NCBI GenBank assembly: GCA_963674595.2 | Contig: CAXXFV010000008.1 | Span: forward strand, 224,001 to 288,000 | Source: a bacterium | Lineage (GTDB): Bacteria > Zhuqueibacterota > Zhuqueibacteria > Residuimicrobiales > Krinioviventaceae | Reading direction: 5' to 3' | Length of the DNA stretch: 64,000 bases | In this document: positions 23,631 through 35,202 of the stretch, piece after piece | Layout: each line of letters opens with the position of its first letter | How positions within the stretch are numbered: the first letter of the stretch is position 1 | Made by a program: the position numbers and the translations under genes | Notes under the pieces: model-generated | The model's input: the letters and a program-made list of their open reading frames with translations, nothing else | What the model was told of the DNA's origin: nothing | The model's database searches: none

Positions 23631-23999
23631 GTGCCCACATTAAACCAATTAGTTAGACATGGCCGGAAAAAAGTTACAAAAAAAGGTACTGCTCCGGCGT
23701 TGGCCGGGTCGCCGCAAAGACGAGGCGTTTGTACCCGTGTCTATACAACAACACCAAAAAAACCAAACTCTGCGCTCCGTAAAGTAGCTCGTGTGCGTTT
23801 GACTAATGGTTTTGAGGTAACGGCTTATATACCTGGTGAAGGGCATAATTTACAAGAGCACTCTATTGTTTTGATTAGAGGTGGTCGTGTTAAAGATCTT
23901 CCTGGTGTTCGTTATCACATCGTACGTGGTGTGTTGGATACCAGTGGTGTTCAGGATCGTAAACGCGGTCGATCAAAATATGGTGCAAAAAACAAGTAA
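23631..23999 (+). CDS. rpsL: 30S ribosomal protein S12
   Basis: [11 protein letters not shown] and RVKDLPGV motifs; GTG start. Confidence 0.99.
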   Translation: MPTLNQLVRHGRKKVTKKGTAPALAGSPQRRGVCTRVYTTTPKKPNSALRKVARVRLTNGFEVTAYIPGEGHNLQEHSIVLIRGGRVKDLPGVRYHIVRGVLDTSGVQDRKRGRSKYGAKNK

Positions 24000-24033
24000 A
24001 CTGTGAATATTTATTAAGTTATTGAGATTATAA

Positions 24034-24504
<471 letters not shown>

Positions 24505-24520
24505 ATAAAGATTTTTATAT

Positions 24521-24702
24521 TGCCGGTCTTGCAGTCTAACTCCAATCAAATGAAGCTTAAAGACAGCTTGGCTGGAAAGTAGATGTTAAGAACTGGCACA
24601 ATGAAAACTGATAGATTACAAGTAGAAGCTACTTGGTAGAGTCGGTTGAGTGTTGTGTCAAATTCTTAAACTTTCAATCGATTTTAACAAGTGGCTTTTT
24701 TT
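24521..24702 (+). promoter_or_regulatory. Structured rpsG-fusA intergenic RNA (candidate cis-regulatory switch)
   Basis: Long hairpin at 24521-24598 plus two mutually exclusive hairpins at 24606-24647 and 24624-24699, paired by eye. Confidence 0.55.
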
Positions 24703-26787
24703 ATGTCTAAACCAGTAGAACTGGAAAAAACGCGAAATATCGGCATTATGGCTCACATAGATGCCGGCAAGACTACGACAACAGAGCGTATTCTGTTCTA
24801 TACTGGTATAGTGCATCGTATTGGCGAGGTGGATGAAGGTGCTGCAACTATGGATTGGATGCAGCAGGAAAAAGAGCGTGGAATTACTATTACGTCTGCC
24901 GCCATTACAGCCTCTTGGAAGAAATATCGAATTAATATTATTGATACACCCGGACATGTTGATTTTACGGCAGAAGTTGAAAGGTCTCTTAGAGTTCTTG
25001 ATGGTGCTGTAGCAATTTTTTGTGCAGTAGGAGGTGTTGAGCCTCAATCAGAAACTGTTTGGAGGCAAGCTGATAAATACCATGTGCCCAGAATTGCAAT
25101 CATTAACAAGATGGATCGAATTGGTGCTGATTTTTATGCAGCGGTTGAGTCTATTCGTAAGAAGCTGGGCGCCAGGCCTGTTCCTATACAACTGCCTGTT
25201 GGAGCATCTGACACTTTTTCAGGAATTATTGATTTAATAAAAATGAAAATGTTGGTGTTTAATGATGCTGAGTTGGGAGCAACGTGGGAAGAAGTTGATA
25301 TCCCTGGTAATATGGCCGAACAAGCGGATTTATATAGAAATAAACTTGTTGAGCAAGTTTCCGATTTTGATGATATAGTTTTAGAAAAATTTATCGGCGG
25401 TGAGCCGGTAACTGAGGAAGATATTCACCGTGGTCTCAGGGCGGGTACATTAAAGAATGAAATTGTCCCGATTCTGTGTGGTTCGGCTGTCAAGAATAAA
25501 GGTGTACAGCAACTGTTAGATGCTATCATCAATTATTTGCCCAGTCCAACAGACGTACCGGCTATAGAAGGACAAAATCCTTATACCGAAAAGACTGAAA
25601 AAAGAGAAGCCAAGCCGGATGAGCCCTTTGCAGCGCTTGCTTTTAAAATTGCAAGCGATGTTTATGTTGGCAAGTTGACATATATCAGAGTATACTCTGG
25701 CACACTGGAAGCTGGTGAAACAGCACTTAATATGACGTCTGGCAAGAGAGAGAGATTCGGAAGAATTTTGCAGATGTCATCAAATAAAAAGCAGGATATA
25801 CCGAAAATTTCTGCTGGAGATATTGTCGCCGTTGTAGGCCTTCGAGAAACCAAAACAGGCGATACTTTATGCGATCCAAAACATCAAATTGTTTTGGAAG
25901 ATATGGAGTTTCCTGTACCGGTTATATCTGTTGCCATTGAAGCAAAATCAAAAGCAGATGAAGACAGATTAGTAAATTCTCTTGAAATGCTTGCCAGTGA
26001 AGATCCTACGTTTCAGTTTTCTACAGACCCTGAAACAGGTCAAATGATTATTTCCGGTATGGGTGAGCTTCATTTGGATATTCTCGTTGACAGGTTGATG
26101 AGAGAGTTTAAAGTAAAGGCAAATGTTGGTCAACAACAGGTTGCCTATCGTGAAACGATAACAGAATCATCTGTAAGTGAGATTAAATTTGTTCGCCAAA
26201 CAGGCGGTAAAGGGCAATATGCTCATATAATAGTAGAATTTGAACCAACTGAACCTGGAAAAATTTTCGAATTTGAGAGTAAAATTAAAAACGGATCCAT
26301 TCCACGAGAATTTATTAAACCTGTTCAGGATGGTATTAAAGAAGGAATGGTTAGCGGTTCAATTGCAGGATTTCCGGTTATTGATATTAAAGCTACATTA
26401 ATTGATGGCTCATATCATGACGTTGATTCAACAGAATTGAGTTTTAAAATTGCCGGTTCAATGGCTATTCAGGATATTCTTCGTAAAGCAAAACCTATCT
26501 TGATGGAACCGATGATGGATTTGGAAGTTTTGACCCCTGAAGAGTATTTTGGTGCCATTTTAACCGACTTGGCCGCTCGAAGGGCCAAAGTTGAAGGACA
26601 TGAAAAGAAAAAAGATACCCAGCTAATTAAAGCGACAGTACCATTATCCGAGATGTTCGGATATGCAACCGGCCTTCGTAACACTTCTCAAGGCAGAGCA
26701 GTATTTTCAATGCAGTTTCAAAAATATACCAGAGTCAGTGAAGATATTGCTAAAAAGTTGCTCGAGAAAATGGGCTTAGCAGCATAG
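24703..26787 (+). CDS. fusA: Elongation factor G (somewhat divergent)
   Basis: [23 protein letters not shown] and GSYHDVDS motifs; ATG 24703 preferred to GTG 24691. Confidence 0.97.
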   Translation: MSKPVELEKTRNIGIMAHIDAGKTTTTERILFYTGIVHRIGEVDEGAATMDWMQQEKERGITITSAAITASWKKYRINIIDTPGHVDFTAEVERSLRVLDGAVAIFCAVGGVEPQSETVWRQADKYHVPRIAIINKMDRIGADFYAAVESIRKKLGARPVPIQLPVGASDTFSGIIDLIKMKMLVFNDAELGATWEEVDIPGNMAEQADLYRNKLVEQVSDFDDIVLEKFIGGEPVTEEDIHRGLRAGTLKNEIVPILCGSAVKNKGVQQLLDAIINYLPSPTDVPAIEGQNPYTEKTEKREAKPDEPFAALAFKIASDVYVGKLTYIRVYSGTLEAGETALNMTSGKRERFGRILQMSSNKKQDIPKISAGDIVAVVGLRETKTGDTLCDPKHQIVLEDMEFPVPVISVAIEAKSKADEDRLVNSLEMLASEDPTFQFSTDPETGQMIISGMGELHLDILVDRLMREFKVKANVGQQQVAYRETITESSVSEIKFVRQTGGKGQYAHIIVEFEPTEPGKIFEFESKIKNGSIPREFIKPVQDGIKEGMVSGSIAGFPVIDIKATLIDGSYHDVDSTELSFKIAGSMAIQDILRKAKPILMEPMMDLEVLTPEEYFGAILTDLAARRAKVEGHEKKKDTQLIKATVPLSEMFGYATGLRNTSQGRAVFSMQFQKYTRVSEDIAKKLLEKMGLAA

Positions 26788-26829
26788 TAAGGTTATAAGT
26801 TTAGTGTTTATTAAGTAAGGAGAAAAATC

Positions 26830-28032
26830 ATGGCAAAGGCAAAGTTTGAGCGAACTAAGCCTCATGTGAACATAGGAACAATAGGTCACGTTGATCACGG
26901 CAAAACGACCTTGACAGCTGCAATGACAATGTTTTTGTCAAGCAAGGGTCAGGCGTCAGTAAAAAAGTATGATGAAATCGACAATGCGCCTGAAGAAAAG
27001 GCCCGAGGCATAACGATAAATACGGCACACGTGGAATATGAAACAGATGCACGCCACTATGCGCACGTAGACTGTCCGGGACATGCTGATTATATTAAAA
27101 ACATGATCACTGGAGCTGCGCAGATGGATGGAGCTGTATTGGTAGTATCTGCAGCAGACGGTCCGATGCCACAGACCCGTGAGCACATATTGCTGGCCCG
27201 TCAGGTGAATGTACCTTCTATTGTTGTGTTTATGAACAAAACAGACCAGGTAGATGATCCTGAATTGTTGGAATTGGTAGAGTTGGAAGTTCGTGAACTG
27301 TTGAGTCAGTATGAATTTCCTGGTGATGAGATTCCAATCGTTAAAGGTAGTGCTTTGGTAGCAATGGAAAAAGGTTTAGCCGGCTCATTGGAAGGTGAAG
27401 AATGGACTCCGATCAAGGAGTTGTTGGATGCGATTGATTCTTATATCCCGACACCAACCCGTGACACAGACAAGCCGTTTTTAATGCCTGTTGAAGATGT
27501 TTTCTCGATTACCGGTCGTGGAACAGTAGGAACCGGAAGAATTGAAAGAGGTATGGTCCATACTGGTGATGAAGTTGAGATCGTAGGACTTGGAGTACAC
27601 CGTAAATCAGTTTGTACCGGCGTAGAGATGTTCCGCAAGATATTGGACGAAGGTCAGGCCGGAGACAATGTAGGTTTATTGTTACGAGGTGTAGACAAGA
27701 CAGAGTTGGAGCGTGGACAGGTTATATCTAAGCCAGGCTCAATTACACCGCACACCAAGTTTGAAGGTGAAGTATACGTCCTGAGTAAAGAAGAAGGTGG
27801 TCGACACACCCCGTTTTTTAATGGCTATCGTCCACAGTTTTACTTTAGAACGACGGATGTAACAGGTAAAGTAGATTTACCTGAAGGAATAGAGATGGTA
27901 ATGCCCGGCGACAATGTAACGGTTACCGGCGAATTGATAACCCCGATAGCAATGGAAGAGGGATTACGATTCGCAATTCGAGAAGGTGGCCGAACAGTTG
28001 GTGCTGGTGTTGTAACTAAAGTTATCGAATAG
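26830..28032 (+). CDS. tuf: Elongation factor Tu (copy 2)
   Basis: Protein identical to copy 1. Confidence 0.99.
   Translation: MAKAKFERTKPHVNIGTIGHVDHGKTTLTAAMTMFLSSKGQASVKKYDEIDNAPEEKARGITINTAHVEYETDARHYAHVDCPGHADYIKNMITGAAQMDGAVLVVSAADGPMPQTREHILLARQVNVPSIVVFMNKTDQVDDPELLELVELEVRELLSQYEFPGDEIPIVKGSALVAMEKGLAGSLEGEEWTPIKELLDAIDSYIPTPTRDTDKPFLMPVEDVFSITGRGTVGTGRIERGMVHTGDEVEIVGLGVHRKSVCTGVEMFRKILDEGQAGDNVGLLLRGVDKTELERGQVISKPGSITPHTKFEGEVYVLSKEEGGRHTPFFNGYRPQFYFRTTDVTGKVDLPEGIEMVMPGDNVTVTGELITPIAMEEGLRFAIREGGRTVGAGVVTKVIE
26830..28032 (+). repeat. Near-identical 1.2-kb direct repeat of 10818-12020 (tuf duplication)
   Basis: About 7 synonymous differences found by eye. Confidence 0.95.
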
Positions 28033-28074
28033 TATTTTTTGAATAAATAGAATAACGACATTTGGAGTATATTA

Positions 28075-28383
28075 ATGGCGGGCCAAAAAATTAGAATCAA
28101 ATTAAAGGCTTACGATCATCGGCTGATTGACAAATCTACTGAAAAGATTATTAAAACAGCAAAGCAGACTGGTGCTATGATTTCCGGACCCATTCCGCTA
28201 CCGACTAGACGGTCTGTTTACACTGTTCTCAAATCTCCGCATGTAGATAAAAAGTCCAGAGAGCAGTTTGAAACACGAATTCACAAAAGACTAGTTGATA
28301 TTCTCAACTCTTCTCCTAAAACGGTTGATGCATTAATGAAGCTTGAATTGCCTGCTGGTGTTGATGTTGAAATCAAAGTCTGA
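28075..28383 (+). CDS. rpsJ: 30S ribosomal protein S10
   Basis: [15 protein letters not shown] and SREQFE motifs. Confidence 0.99.
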   Translation: MAGQKIRIKLKAYDHRLIDKSTEKIIKTAKQTGAMISGPIPLPTRRSVYTVLKSPHVDKKSREQFETRIHKRLVDILNSSPKTVDALMKLELPAGVDVEIKV

Positions 28384-28434
28384 TAATCAATTCAACATTA
28401 TCAAAATGGTATAATATAATTTTCTGGAAAAACA

Positions 28435-29055
28435 ATGCTCGGTATAATTGGAAAAAAAATTGGTATGACTCGAATATTCGATGAAAGCGGAAATTCAATT
28501 CCCGTTACAGCCATCGAAGCGGGTCCCTGTTATATAACACAGGTTAAAACCACAGAGACTGACGGTTATGAGTCTGTTCAAATGGGATTTGGTGACAAAA
28601 AAGAAAAACTGGCTACCAAAGCCCAGATAGGACATGCTGCAAAAGCAGGACTAAAACCCTTTAGAGTTTTAAAAGAATTTAAAAGTTTTGAGAGTAACCA
28701 AGAAATTAAAATTGGTTCAGAAATCAAAGCCGACATTTTTAAAATTGGTGATGTTGTCAGCGTTTCAGGCATCACAAAGGGTAAAGGTTTTGCCGGAGTT
28801 GTAAAAAGATACAACTTTGGTGGCGGACCCAAAACACACGGACAAAGTGACCGATTAAGAGCACCAGGTTCTATTGGTCAATCATCCTGGCCTTCTAAAG
28901 TTTTTAAAGGCTTAAAGATGGCTGGTAGAATGGGTGGTAAGAAAAATACAACTCGTGGTTTAAAAATTGTTAGTGTAGATGCTGAGAACAATATTCTGTT
29001 AATAAAAGGCGCTGTCCCTGGAGCTAAAAACGGGACAATTATCATAAGAAAGTAG
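28435..29055 (+). CDS. rplC: 50S ribosomal protein L3
   Basis: GKKIGMT, KGKGFAG and RAPGSIG motifs. Confidence 0.99.
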   Translation: MLGIIGKKIGMTRIFDESGNSIPVTAIEAGPCYITQVKTTETDGYESVQMGFGDKKEKLATKAQIGHAAKAGLKPFRVLKEFKSFESNQEIKIGSEIKADIFKIGDVVSVSGITKGKGFAGVVKRYNFGGGPKTHGQSDRLRAPGSIGQSSWPSKVFKGLKMAGRMGGKKNTTRGLKIVSVDAENNILLIKGAVPGAKNGTIIIRK

Positions 29056-29061
29056 ATTGTT

Positions 29062-29691
29062 ATGGAATTTGAAGTCTATACAAAAGAAGGCGTTACCTCC
29101 GGAAGAAAGATAAATGTTTCTGATGCAATTTTCGGAGCAGACGTAAACGAACATGCAGTCTATTTAGCCGTGCAGGCACAGCGAACAAACTCGCGTCAAG
29201 GAACAGCGGCTACAAAGACTCGCAGTTTTGTTTCCGGTGGTGGAAAAAAACCTTGGAAACAAAAGGGTCGTGGTACAGCGAGATCAGGATCCTCCAGATC
29301 ACCCGTATGGGTTGGTGGAGGAACAGCACATGGTCCGCAGCCTCGCTCATACAATTTTAAATTACCTAGAAAGGTGAAAAAACTTGCTCGAATTTCTGTG
29401 TTATCTTCAAAAACAAAAGATGAGCAGGTAAGAATAGTTGAAGATTTTTCATTGGAAAATGCTAAAACAAAAGAAGTATTTAATGTTTTGAAAAGTTTTG
29501 GTGTTGATAACGAAAAATCATTAATACTAATATCCGAATACAATCAGAATATCTTGTTGGCGAGTCGAAATATTAAAAATCTCAAAATCGCGATAGCACA
29601 AGACGCTTCAACTTATGATTTGTTGGATTGCAAATCCATAATCATTTTTGAGGGTGCTGTTAAAAAGTTAGAAGGTATATTGGTATCATGA
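29062..29691 (+). CDS. rplD: 50S ribosomal protein L4
   Basis: GGGKKPWKQKGRGTARSGS motif. Confidence 0.99.
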   Translation: MEFEVYTKEGVTSGRKINVSDAIFGADVNEHAVYLAVQAQRTNSRQGTAATKTRSFVSGGGKKPWKQKGRGTARSGSSRSPVWVGGGTAHGPQPRSYNFKLPRKVKKLARISVLSSKTKDEQVRIVEDFSLENAKTKEVFNVLKSFGVDNEKSLILISEYNQNILLASRNIKNLKIAIAQDASTYDLLDCKSIIIFEGAVKKLEGILVS

Positions 29692-29999
29692 AAAAAGAAC
29701 GTGAAATATTAATAAGACCCATACTGACAGAAAAAATGTTAAAAATGCAGGAAAGTGAAGCTTGCTACGCATTTGTTGTCAATAAAGAAGCAAATAAAAT
29801 TGAGATTAAATCTGCTGTAGAAAAAAAGTTTGACGTCTCTGTAGACAGTGTTCGCACAGTATTTGTTAAAGGTAAAACCAAACGCATGAACACAAAGCGA
29901 GGATTAACCCGTGGTAAAAGAGCCGATTGGAAAAAAGCAATTATAACTCTGCGAAGCGGTGATACTATTGACTTTTTCTCAGAATCATCTGGCTCATAA
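29688..29999 (+). CDS. rplW: 50S ribosomal protein L23
   Basis: PILTEK, ANKIEIK and WKKAI motifs. Confidence 0.98.
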   Translation: MKKEREILIRPILTEKMLKMQESEACYAFVVNKEANKIEIKSAVEKKFDVSVDSVRTVFVKGKTKRMNTKRGLTRGKRADWKKAIITLRSGDTIDFFSESSGS

Positions 30000-30022
30000 A
30001 ACGGGTACGAGGAGAATAAACG

Positions 30023-30847
30023 ATGGCGTTAAAAACATTTAAACCTACCACTCCCGGACAGCGGTTCAAAACGGTTAACTCGTTTGCAGAGATAACTGAT
30101 AACAATGTTGTTTCGTCCCTGGTTGTATCATCTTCAAAATCCGGCGGTCGTAACAACGTAGGACGAGTAACCGCACGGCGTAGAGGTGGTGGTCATAAAA
30201 GACTTTATCGGATTATCGATTTTAAAAGAAATAAATTGGAAGTTCCAGCCAAGGTTGCGTCCATACAATATGATCCTAACAGAAGTGCCTTCATTGCATT
30301 GTTAAACTATGTTGATGGAGAAAAACGATACATACTTGCACCTTTGGGATTAAAAGTTGGCGATCAGGTTTTATCTGGTGAAGCACCGGATATTCGAGTT
30401 GGAAATGCAATGCCATTAGCAAAAATACCTCTTGGTACTGTTATCCATAACATCGAACTTAAAGTCGGTAAAGGTGGCCAAATTGCAAGAGGCGCTGGTT
30501 CTTATGCACAATTAATGGCTAAAGAAGGTAATTATGCACAAATAAAACTACCTTCCGGTGAAGTAAGAATGGTAAGAATTGAATGTCGTGCTACAATCGG
30601 TCAAGTAGGTAATACTGATCATGAAAACATCAGTATAGGAAAAGCAGGCCGTGCACGATGGCTGGGCCGCCGACCCAAAGTCCGCGGTGTTGCAATGAAC
30701 CCGGTCGATCACCCAATGGGTGGTGGTGAAGGAAAAAGTTCTGGTGGAAGACACCCCTGTACACCATGGGGTAAACCGACAAAAGGTTACAAGACCAGAA
30801 AAGCTAAACCATCAGATAAATTTATTGTTAAACGTAGAAACAAGTAG
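30023..30847 (+). CDS. rplB: 50S ribosomal protein L2
   Basis: [17 protein letters not shown] motif. Confidence 0.99.
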   Translation: MALKTFKPTTPGQRFKTVNSFAEITDNNVVSSLVVSSSKSGGRNNVGRVTARRRGGGHKRLYRIIDFKRNKLEVPAKVASIQYDPNRSAFIALLNYVDGEKRYILAPLGLKVGDQVLSGEAPDIRVGNAMPLAKIPLGTVIHNIELKVGKGGQIARGAGSYAQLMAKEGNYAQIKLPSGEVRMVRIECRATIGQVGNTDHENISIGKAGRARWLGRRPKVRGVAMNPVDHPMGGGEGKSSGGRHPCTPWGKPTKGYKTRKAKPSDKFIVKRRNK

Positions 30848-30859
30848 GAATATTAAATT

Positions 30860-31123
30860 ATGGCACGCTCTGTAAAAAAAGGTCCATATATAGATGAAAA
30901 ACTTTTTAACAAGGTTGAAGAGCTAAACAAAGGTAACCAAAAAAAGGTTGTCAAAACGTGGGCTCGTCGATCGACTATTCCACCGGAATTTATTGGACAC
31001 ACACTAGCTGTACATAATGGGAACAAATTTATTCCTGTTTTTATTAATGAAAACATGGTTGGGCACAAGCTCGGTGAATTTGCACCAACGCGTACCTATC
31101 GTGGCCATGTAAATAAAAAGTAG
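30860..31123 (+). CDS. rpsS: 30S ribosomal protein S19
   Basis: [11 protein letters not shown] motif. Confidence 0.99.
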   Translation: MARSVKKGPYIDEKLFNKVEELNKGNQKKVVKTWARRSTIPPEFIGHTLAVHNGNKFIPVFINENMVGHKLGEFAPTRTYRGHVNKK

Positions 31124-31178
31124 TTTTTAAAAGATGAAACGTGCAAGTTACAAAATTTTGAATTTGGAGAAATTCTAA

Positions 31179-31526
31179 ATGGAAGCAAAGGCGATCGCAA
31201 AATGGGTGAGAGTTTCCCCTTTTAAAGTTAGAAGAGTCGCTAATTTGGTTCGAGGTAAAGTCGTAAGCGATGCCTTAAACATCCTGCACTTTAATACGGC
31301 ACTTGCTTCGGAACCAATAGAAAAAGCACTTAGATCGGCTGTAGCGAATATGATGAATAGCGATGAAGCATCCAAAGTTACGCCGGAAGATCTCTTCGTT
31401 AAAGAGTTAAAAGTTGATGGTGGTTTTATGTTAAAACGATTTCGAGCCGCCTCAATGGGAAGAGCTTCGCGTATTCGTAAAAGAACTTGTCATATCACAA
31501 TTACAGTTGCTGAGAATAAAGATTAA
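31179..31526 (+). CDS. rplV: 50S ribosomal protein L22
   Basis: SAVAN and RKRTCHIT motifs. Confidence 0.98.
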   Translation: MEAKAIAKWVRVSPFKVRRVANLVRGKVVSDALNILHFNTALASEPIEKALRSAVANMMNSDEASKVTPEDLFVKELKVDGGFMLKRFRAASMGRASRIRKRTCHITITVAENKD

Positions 31527-31548
31527 GCATTTAGTATAGGAGATTAGT

Positions 31549-32187
31549 TTGGGACAAAAAACAAATCCTACTGGTTTTCGTGTTGGAGTTATAAAAAGTT
31601 GGGACTCCAAGTGGTTTGATGAAAAAGATTTTAGCAAAAAACTTGAAGAAGATATCATGTTAAGACGATATGTTCATAACAGGTTACAGCGAGCCAGTAT
31701 TTCTAAAGTTGAAATTGAACGAACTCCCAAAAAGATAACTCTGACCATTCATACTGCAAGGCCTGGAATCGTTATTGGACGTAAGGGTTCTGAAGTTGAC
31801 AAGTTGAGAGAAGAGTTGCAGAGAGTCACCGGGCAAGATGTTCAATTGAATATTAATGAAATAAAGCGCCCGGAACTAGATGCTTATCTTGTTGCTTCAA
31901 ACGTTGCAAGTCAACTAGAAGGAAAAGTTTCATTTCGAAGAGCTATGAAAAAAGCCATCATGTCTGCAATGCGTATGGGTGCAGAAGGTATTCGTATCAC
32001 CTGCTCCGGTAGACTCGGCGGCGCTGAAATGGCTCGACGTGAGCAATATAAAGATGGTAGAATTCCACTTCACACACTTCGTGCTGATATTGATTATGCC
32101 ACGGCAATTTCAAAAACAACATATGGTACAATTGGTGTTAAAGTGTGGATTTGTAAAGGTGAAGTAATTGGCGAAATGGCCGATTAA
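31549..32187 (+). CDS. rpsC: 30S ribosomal protein S3
   Basis: [10 protein letters not shown] and [10 protein letters not shown] motifs; TTG start. Confidence 0.99.
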   Translation: MGQKTNPTGFRVGVIKSWDSKWFDEKDFSKKLEEDIMLRRYVHNRLQRASISKVEIERTPKKITLTIHTARPGIVIGRKGSEVDKLREELQRVTGQDVQLNINEIKRPELDAYLVASNVASQLEGKVSFRRAMKKAIMSAMRMGAEGIRITCSGRLGGAEMARREQYKDGRIPLHTLRADIDYATAISKTTYGTIGVKVWICKGEVIGEMAD

Positions 32188-32214
32188 AGAATAATTAAAT
32201 GGAGAATGTGATTC

Positions 32215-32634
32215 ATGTTAATGCCCAAACGTGTAAAATATAGAAAACAACAACGCGGACGAATGACTGGAAAAGCGATTCGTGGCGCACGTCTATCGTT
32301 TGGTCAATTTGGGCTCAAGGCACTTGAACCTCATTGGATTACAGCCAGACAAATAGAAGCTGCTCGTATTGCCATGACTCGATATGTTAAACGTAGTGGT
32401 AAAGTATGGATTCGGATATTCCCGGATAAGCCTTGTACTAAAAAACCTGCTGAAACACGTATGGGAAAAGGTAAGGGAGCACCAGAATACTGGGTGGCTG
32501 TTGTTAAACCTGGACGAATACTTTTTGAAATTGATGGTATCCCTGAAGATGTTGCAAAGGAAGCCTTGAGACTGGCTGCTCATAAACTACCGTGTAAAAC
32601 AAAATTTGTAACGTCCACAGATGTTGGAGAATAA
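32215..32634 (+). CDS. rplP: 50S ribosomal protein L16
   Basis: ETRMGKGKG motif. Confidence 0.99.
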   Translation: MLMPKRVKYRKQQRGRMTGKAIRGARLSFGQFGLKALEPHWITARQIEAARIAMTRYVKRSGKVWIRIFPDKPCTKKPAETRMGKGKGAPEYWVAVVKPGRILFEIDGIPEDVAKEALRLAAHKLPCKTKFVTSTDVGE

Positions 32635-32638
32635 TTCA

Positions 32639-32839
32639 ATGAAAATTGATGAACTTAAAGAACTTTCCCTTGAGGATTTGAAATATAAACTTGAAGATAC
32701 TCTTGTAGAATATGGAAATCTCAAGTTTCAACATTCAACACATCAACTTGATAATCCTCTAAGAATTAGACAAGTTCGAAAAGATATTGCCCGAATTAAA
32801 ACAGTCATAAACGAATACGAGCTAGGTATTCGAAAGTAA
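32639..32839 (+). CDS. rpmC: 50S ribosomal protein L29
   Basis: VRKDIARIKT motif; ATG 32639 follows GGAGA. Confidence 0.96.
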   Translation: MKIDELKELSLEDLKYKLEDTLVEYGNLKFQHSTHQLDNPLRIRQVRKDIARIKTVINEYELGIRK

Positions 32840-32863
32840 TTAATCAAGTAAACTTTCGTTGAT

Positions 32864-33133
32864 TTGGAGAACAATCACGTGGAAAGAGGACATAGAAAAG
32901 TAATAACTGGTACTGTCGCCAGTGATCAGATGGATAAAAGTCGTACTATTGTTGTACAACGATACATCAAACATCCTCTGTATAAAAAATATGTCAAAAA
33001 AACATCAAAATTTATGGCTCATGATGAAAACAATGAAAGCCATACCGGAGATGTCGTAAAAATAATGGAAACACGACCATTAAGTCGACGAAAACGTTGG
33101 AGACTGGTCGAAATTCTCGAACGGGCAAAGTAA
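32864..33133 (+). CDS. rpsQ: 30S ribosomal protein S17
   Basis: HPLYKK, AHDE and ETRPLS motifs; TTG start. Confidence 0.98.
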   Translation: MENNHVERGHRKVITGTVASDQMDKSRTIVVQRYIKHPLYKKYVKKTSKFMAHDENNESHTGDVVKIMETRPLSRRKRWRLVEILERAK

Positions 33134-33176
33134 CTTGAACTTTTTTTGTTCAATCGTGAATAAGAAGGAATAATCA

Positions 33177-33545
33177 ATGATACAGGAAAATAGTCGATTA
33201 AATGTTGCAGATAACACCGGAGCCAAAAAAGTCATGTGCATCCGTGTACTGGGAGGTAGTAGAAAAAAATACGCCTCCATCGGTGATATCATTGTTGTAT
33301 CTGTCAAGCAAGCTCTGCCCAATGGTACCGTAAAAAAAGGTGATAAGAGTAAAGCGGTTATCGTCAGAACAAAAAAAGAAAAACGAAGAAAAGATGGTTC
33401 ATATATTCGTTTCGATGAAAATGCTGCTGTACTTATAAATGAAGCATTGGAACCGAAGGGTACACGTATATTCGGACCTGTTGCTCGTGAATTACGTGAA
33501 AAGCAATTTATGAAAATTCTTTCGTTAGCTCCGGAAGTATTATAA
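33177..33545 (+). CDS. rplN: 50S ribosomal protein L14
   Basis: VADNTGAK and GTRIFGPV motifs. Confidence 0.99.
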   Translation: MIQENSRLNVADNTGAKKVMCIRVLGGSRKKYASIGDIIVVSVKQALPNGTVKKGDKSKAVIVRTKKEKRRKDGSYIRFDENAAVLINEALEPKGTRIFGPVARELREKQFMKILSLAPEVL

Positions 33546-33577
33546 TAATTGAACATATAGCCAATAGGGCATAAAAG

Positions 33578-33913
33578 ATGCGTGTAAGAAAAAATGATCA
33601 GGTCATAGTTACCGCCGGAGAAAATAGAGGAAGCAAAGGAAAAGTTCTCAAAGTTTTTCCAGAAACCAACAGAGTTATTGTTGAAGGCGTTAACTTTATT
33701 AAGAAACACAGTAGACCAACACAGCAGAATCCACAAGGTGGTATAATTGAAAAAGAAGCCCCTGTGAATGTTTCCAATGTAATGGTTATCTGTCCGAAAT
33801 GTAATACTCCATCAAGAATGGGGTCTACATCGAATTTTGATGAAGCGCGTAATCGTAAGATCAAAGTACGCGTATGTAAAAATTGCAATGAAATGCTAGT
33901 TTCAACATCTTAA
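33578..33913 (+). CDS. rplX: 50S ribosomal protein L24
   Basis: VIVEGVN and EKEAPV motifs; CPKC/CKNC cysteine pairs. Confidence 0.98.
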   Translation: MRVRKNDQVIVTAGENRGSKGKVLKVFPETNRVIVEGVNFIKKHSRPTQQNPQGGIIEKEAPVNVSNVMVICPKCNTPSRMGSTSNFDEARNRKIKVRVCKNCNEMLVSTS

Positions 33914-33935
33914 TTATACGAATGGATCTGTAAAG

Positions 33936-34493
33936 ATGGCAGAAAAAAAATACAAACCACGATTCATCGACGTCTATAAAAATGAAGTTGTCAAAAGTTT
34001 ACAAGACAAATTCAAATATAAGAATATTTTTCAAATACCAAAGTTGGAAAAAATAGTATTAAACATTGGCGTTGGTGAAGCAACAGAGAATTCCAAAAAT
34101 TTGGACGGCGCTCTGGAAGACCTTACGAAAATTGCCGGGCAAAAGCCTGTCGTTCGTCGAGCAAAAAAGGCAATTTCAAACTTTAAATTAAGAGCAGGAA
34201 TGCCCATTGGTTGCAGCGTCACCCTTCGGGGAGAGCGAATGTTTGAATTTTTTGATCGACTCGTATCAATAGCTATACCACGAGTTAGAGACTTTCGAGG
34301 CGTACCCATCAAATTTGATGGACGTGGTAACTATAATATGTCTATTCGGGAACAAATTGTATTTCCTGAAATAGATTATGACAAAGTAGATAAAGTCCGC
34401 GGTATGAATATCACTTTTGTGACTTCTGCAAAAACCGATGAAGAGGCTTACGAAATGTTAAAAGCTTTCGGAATGCCTTTTATTAAGAAATAA
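33936..34493 (+). CDS. rplE: 50S ribosomal protein L5
   Basis: PRVRDFRG and FPEIDYD motifs. Confidence 0.99.
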   Translation: MAEKKYKPRFIDVYKNEVVKSLQDKFKYKNIFQIPKLEKIVLNIGVGEATENSKNLDGALEDLTKIAGQKPVVRRAKKAISNFKLRAGMPIGCSVTLRGERMFEFFDRLVSIAIPRVRDFRGVPIKFDGRGNYNMSIREQIVFPEIDYDKVDKVRGMNITFVTSAKTDEEAYEMLKAFGMPFIKK

Positions 34494-34527
34494 ATGTTTG
34501 GTCAAAAATTAAGCACATGGAGTGATC

Positions 34528-34713
34528 TTGGCAAAAACAGCATTAATCGTTAAGGCAAAAAAAGATCCGAAATTTAAGGTAAGAAAATATAATCGATGTT
34601 CACGTTGTGGACGTCCCAGAGCTTATTACAGGAAATTTGGAGTTTGCCGTATCTGCTTGAGAGAACTTGCTCTTGAGGGTAAAGTACCCGGAGTTACAAA
34701 AGCAAGCTGGTAA
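34528..34713 (+). CDS. rpsN: 30S ribosomal protein S14, zinc-binding type Z (61 aa)
   Basis: RCSRCGRPR...CRIC...KASW; TTG 34528 follows GGAG. Confidence 0.97.
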   Translation: MAKTALIVKAKKDPKFKVRKYNRCSRCGRPRAYYRKFGVCRICLRELALEGKVPGVTKASW

Positions 34714-34777
34714 TAAATCTCTTAAAATTGTTTATTTAATTAGTGCACCCGACTTAGGATTGTTAGGGAGAAAATAA

Positions 34778-35176
34778 ATGTCGAAAACTGATCCCATCGC
34801 CGATTATCTGACTTGCATCAGAAACGCGACAAGGGCCAAGCATAAAAAAGTTGACGTACCTGCATCTGGCTTGAAACGTGAAATAACACGAATTCTGCAG
34901 GAAGAAGCGTATATTAAAGACCATGTCATCATTAATGATGGTAAACAAGGTATTATTCGTATTTACTTGAAATACGAAGATAGTGGAAAATGCGTTATTG
35001 AAGGTATCAAACGTGTTAGTACTCCTGGTTACCGTCGATATGCCGGCAAGGTTAATATACCACGCGTTTATAATAATCTCGGAATTTCAATACTGACAAC
35101 ATCTAAAGGCGTTATGACCGGGCAAAAAGCCCGTAAATTAGGTGTTGGTGGTGAAATATTATGTTATGTTTGGTAA
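34778..35176 (+). CDS. rpsH: 30S ribosomal protein S8
   Basis: DPIAD and GVGGE motifs. Confidence 0.99.
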   Translation: MSKTDPIADYLTCIRNATRAKHKKVDVPASGLKREITRILQEEAYIKDHVIINDGKQGIIRIYLKYEDSGKCVIEGIKRVSTPGYRRYAGKVNIPRVYNNLGISILTTSKGVMTGQKARKLGVGGEILCYVW

Positions 35177-35202
35177 TTTATAAGACTGATTAGGAGTTAA
35201 TT

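Noticed and set aside
33080-33736. 218-aa antisense ORF, and the many other short overlapping ORFs in the track
   Set aside because: Shadows of conserved genes with no motifs or ribosome-binding sites
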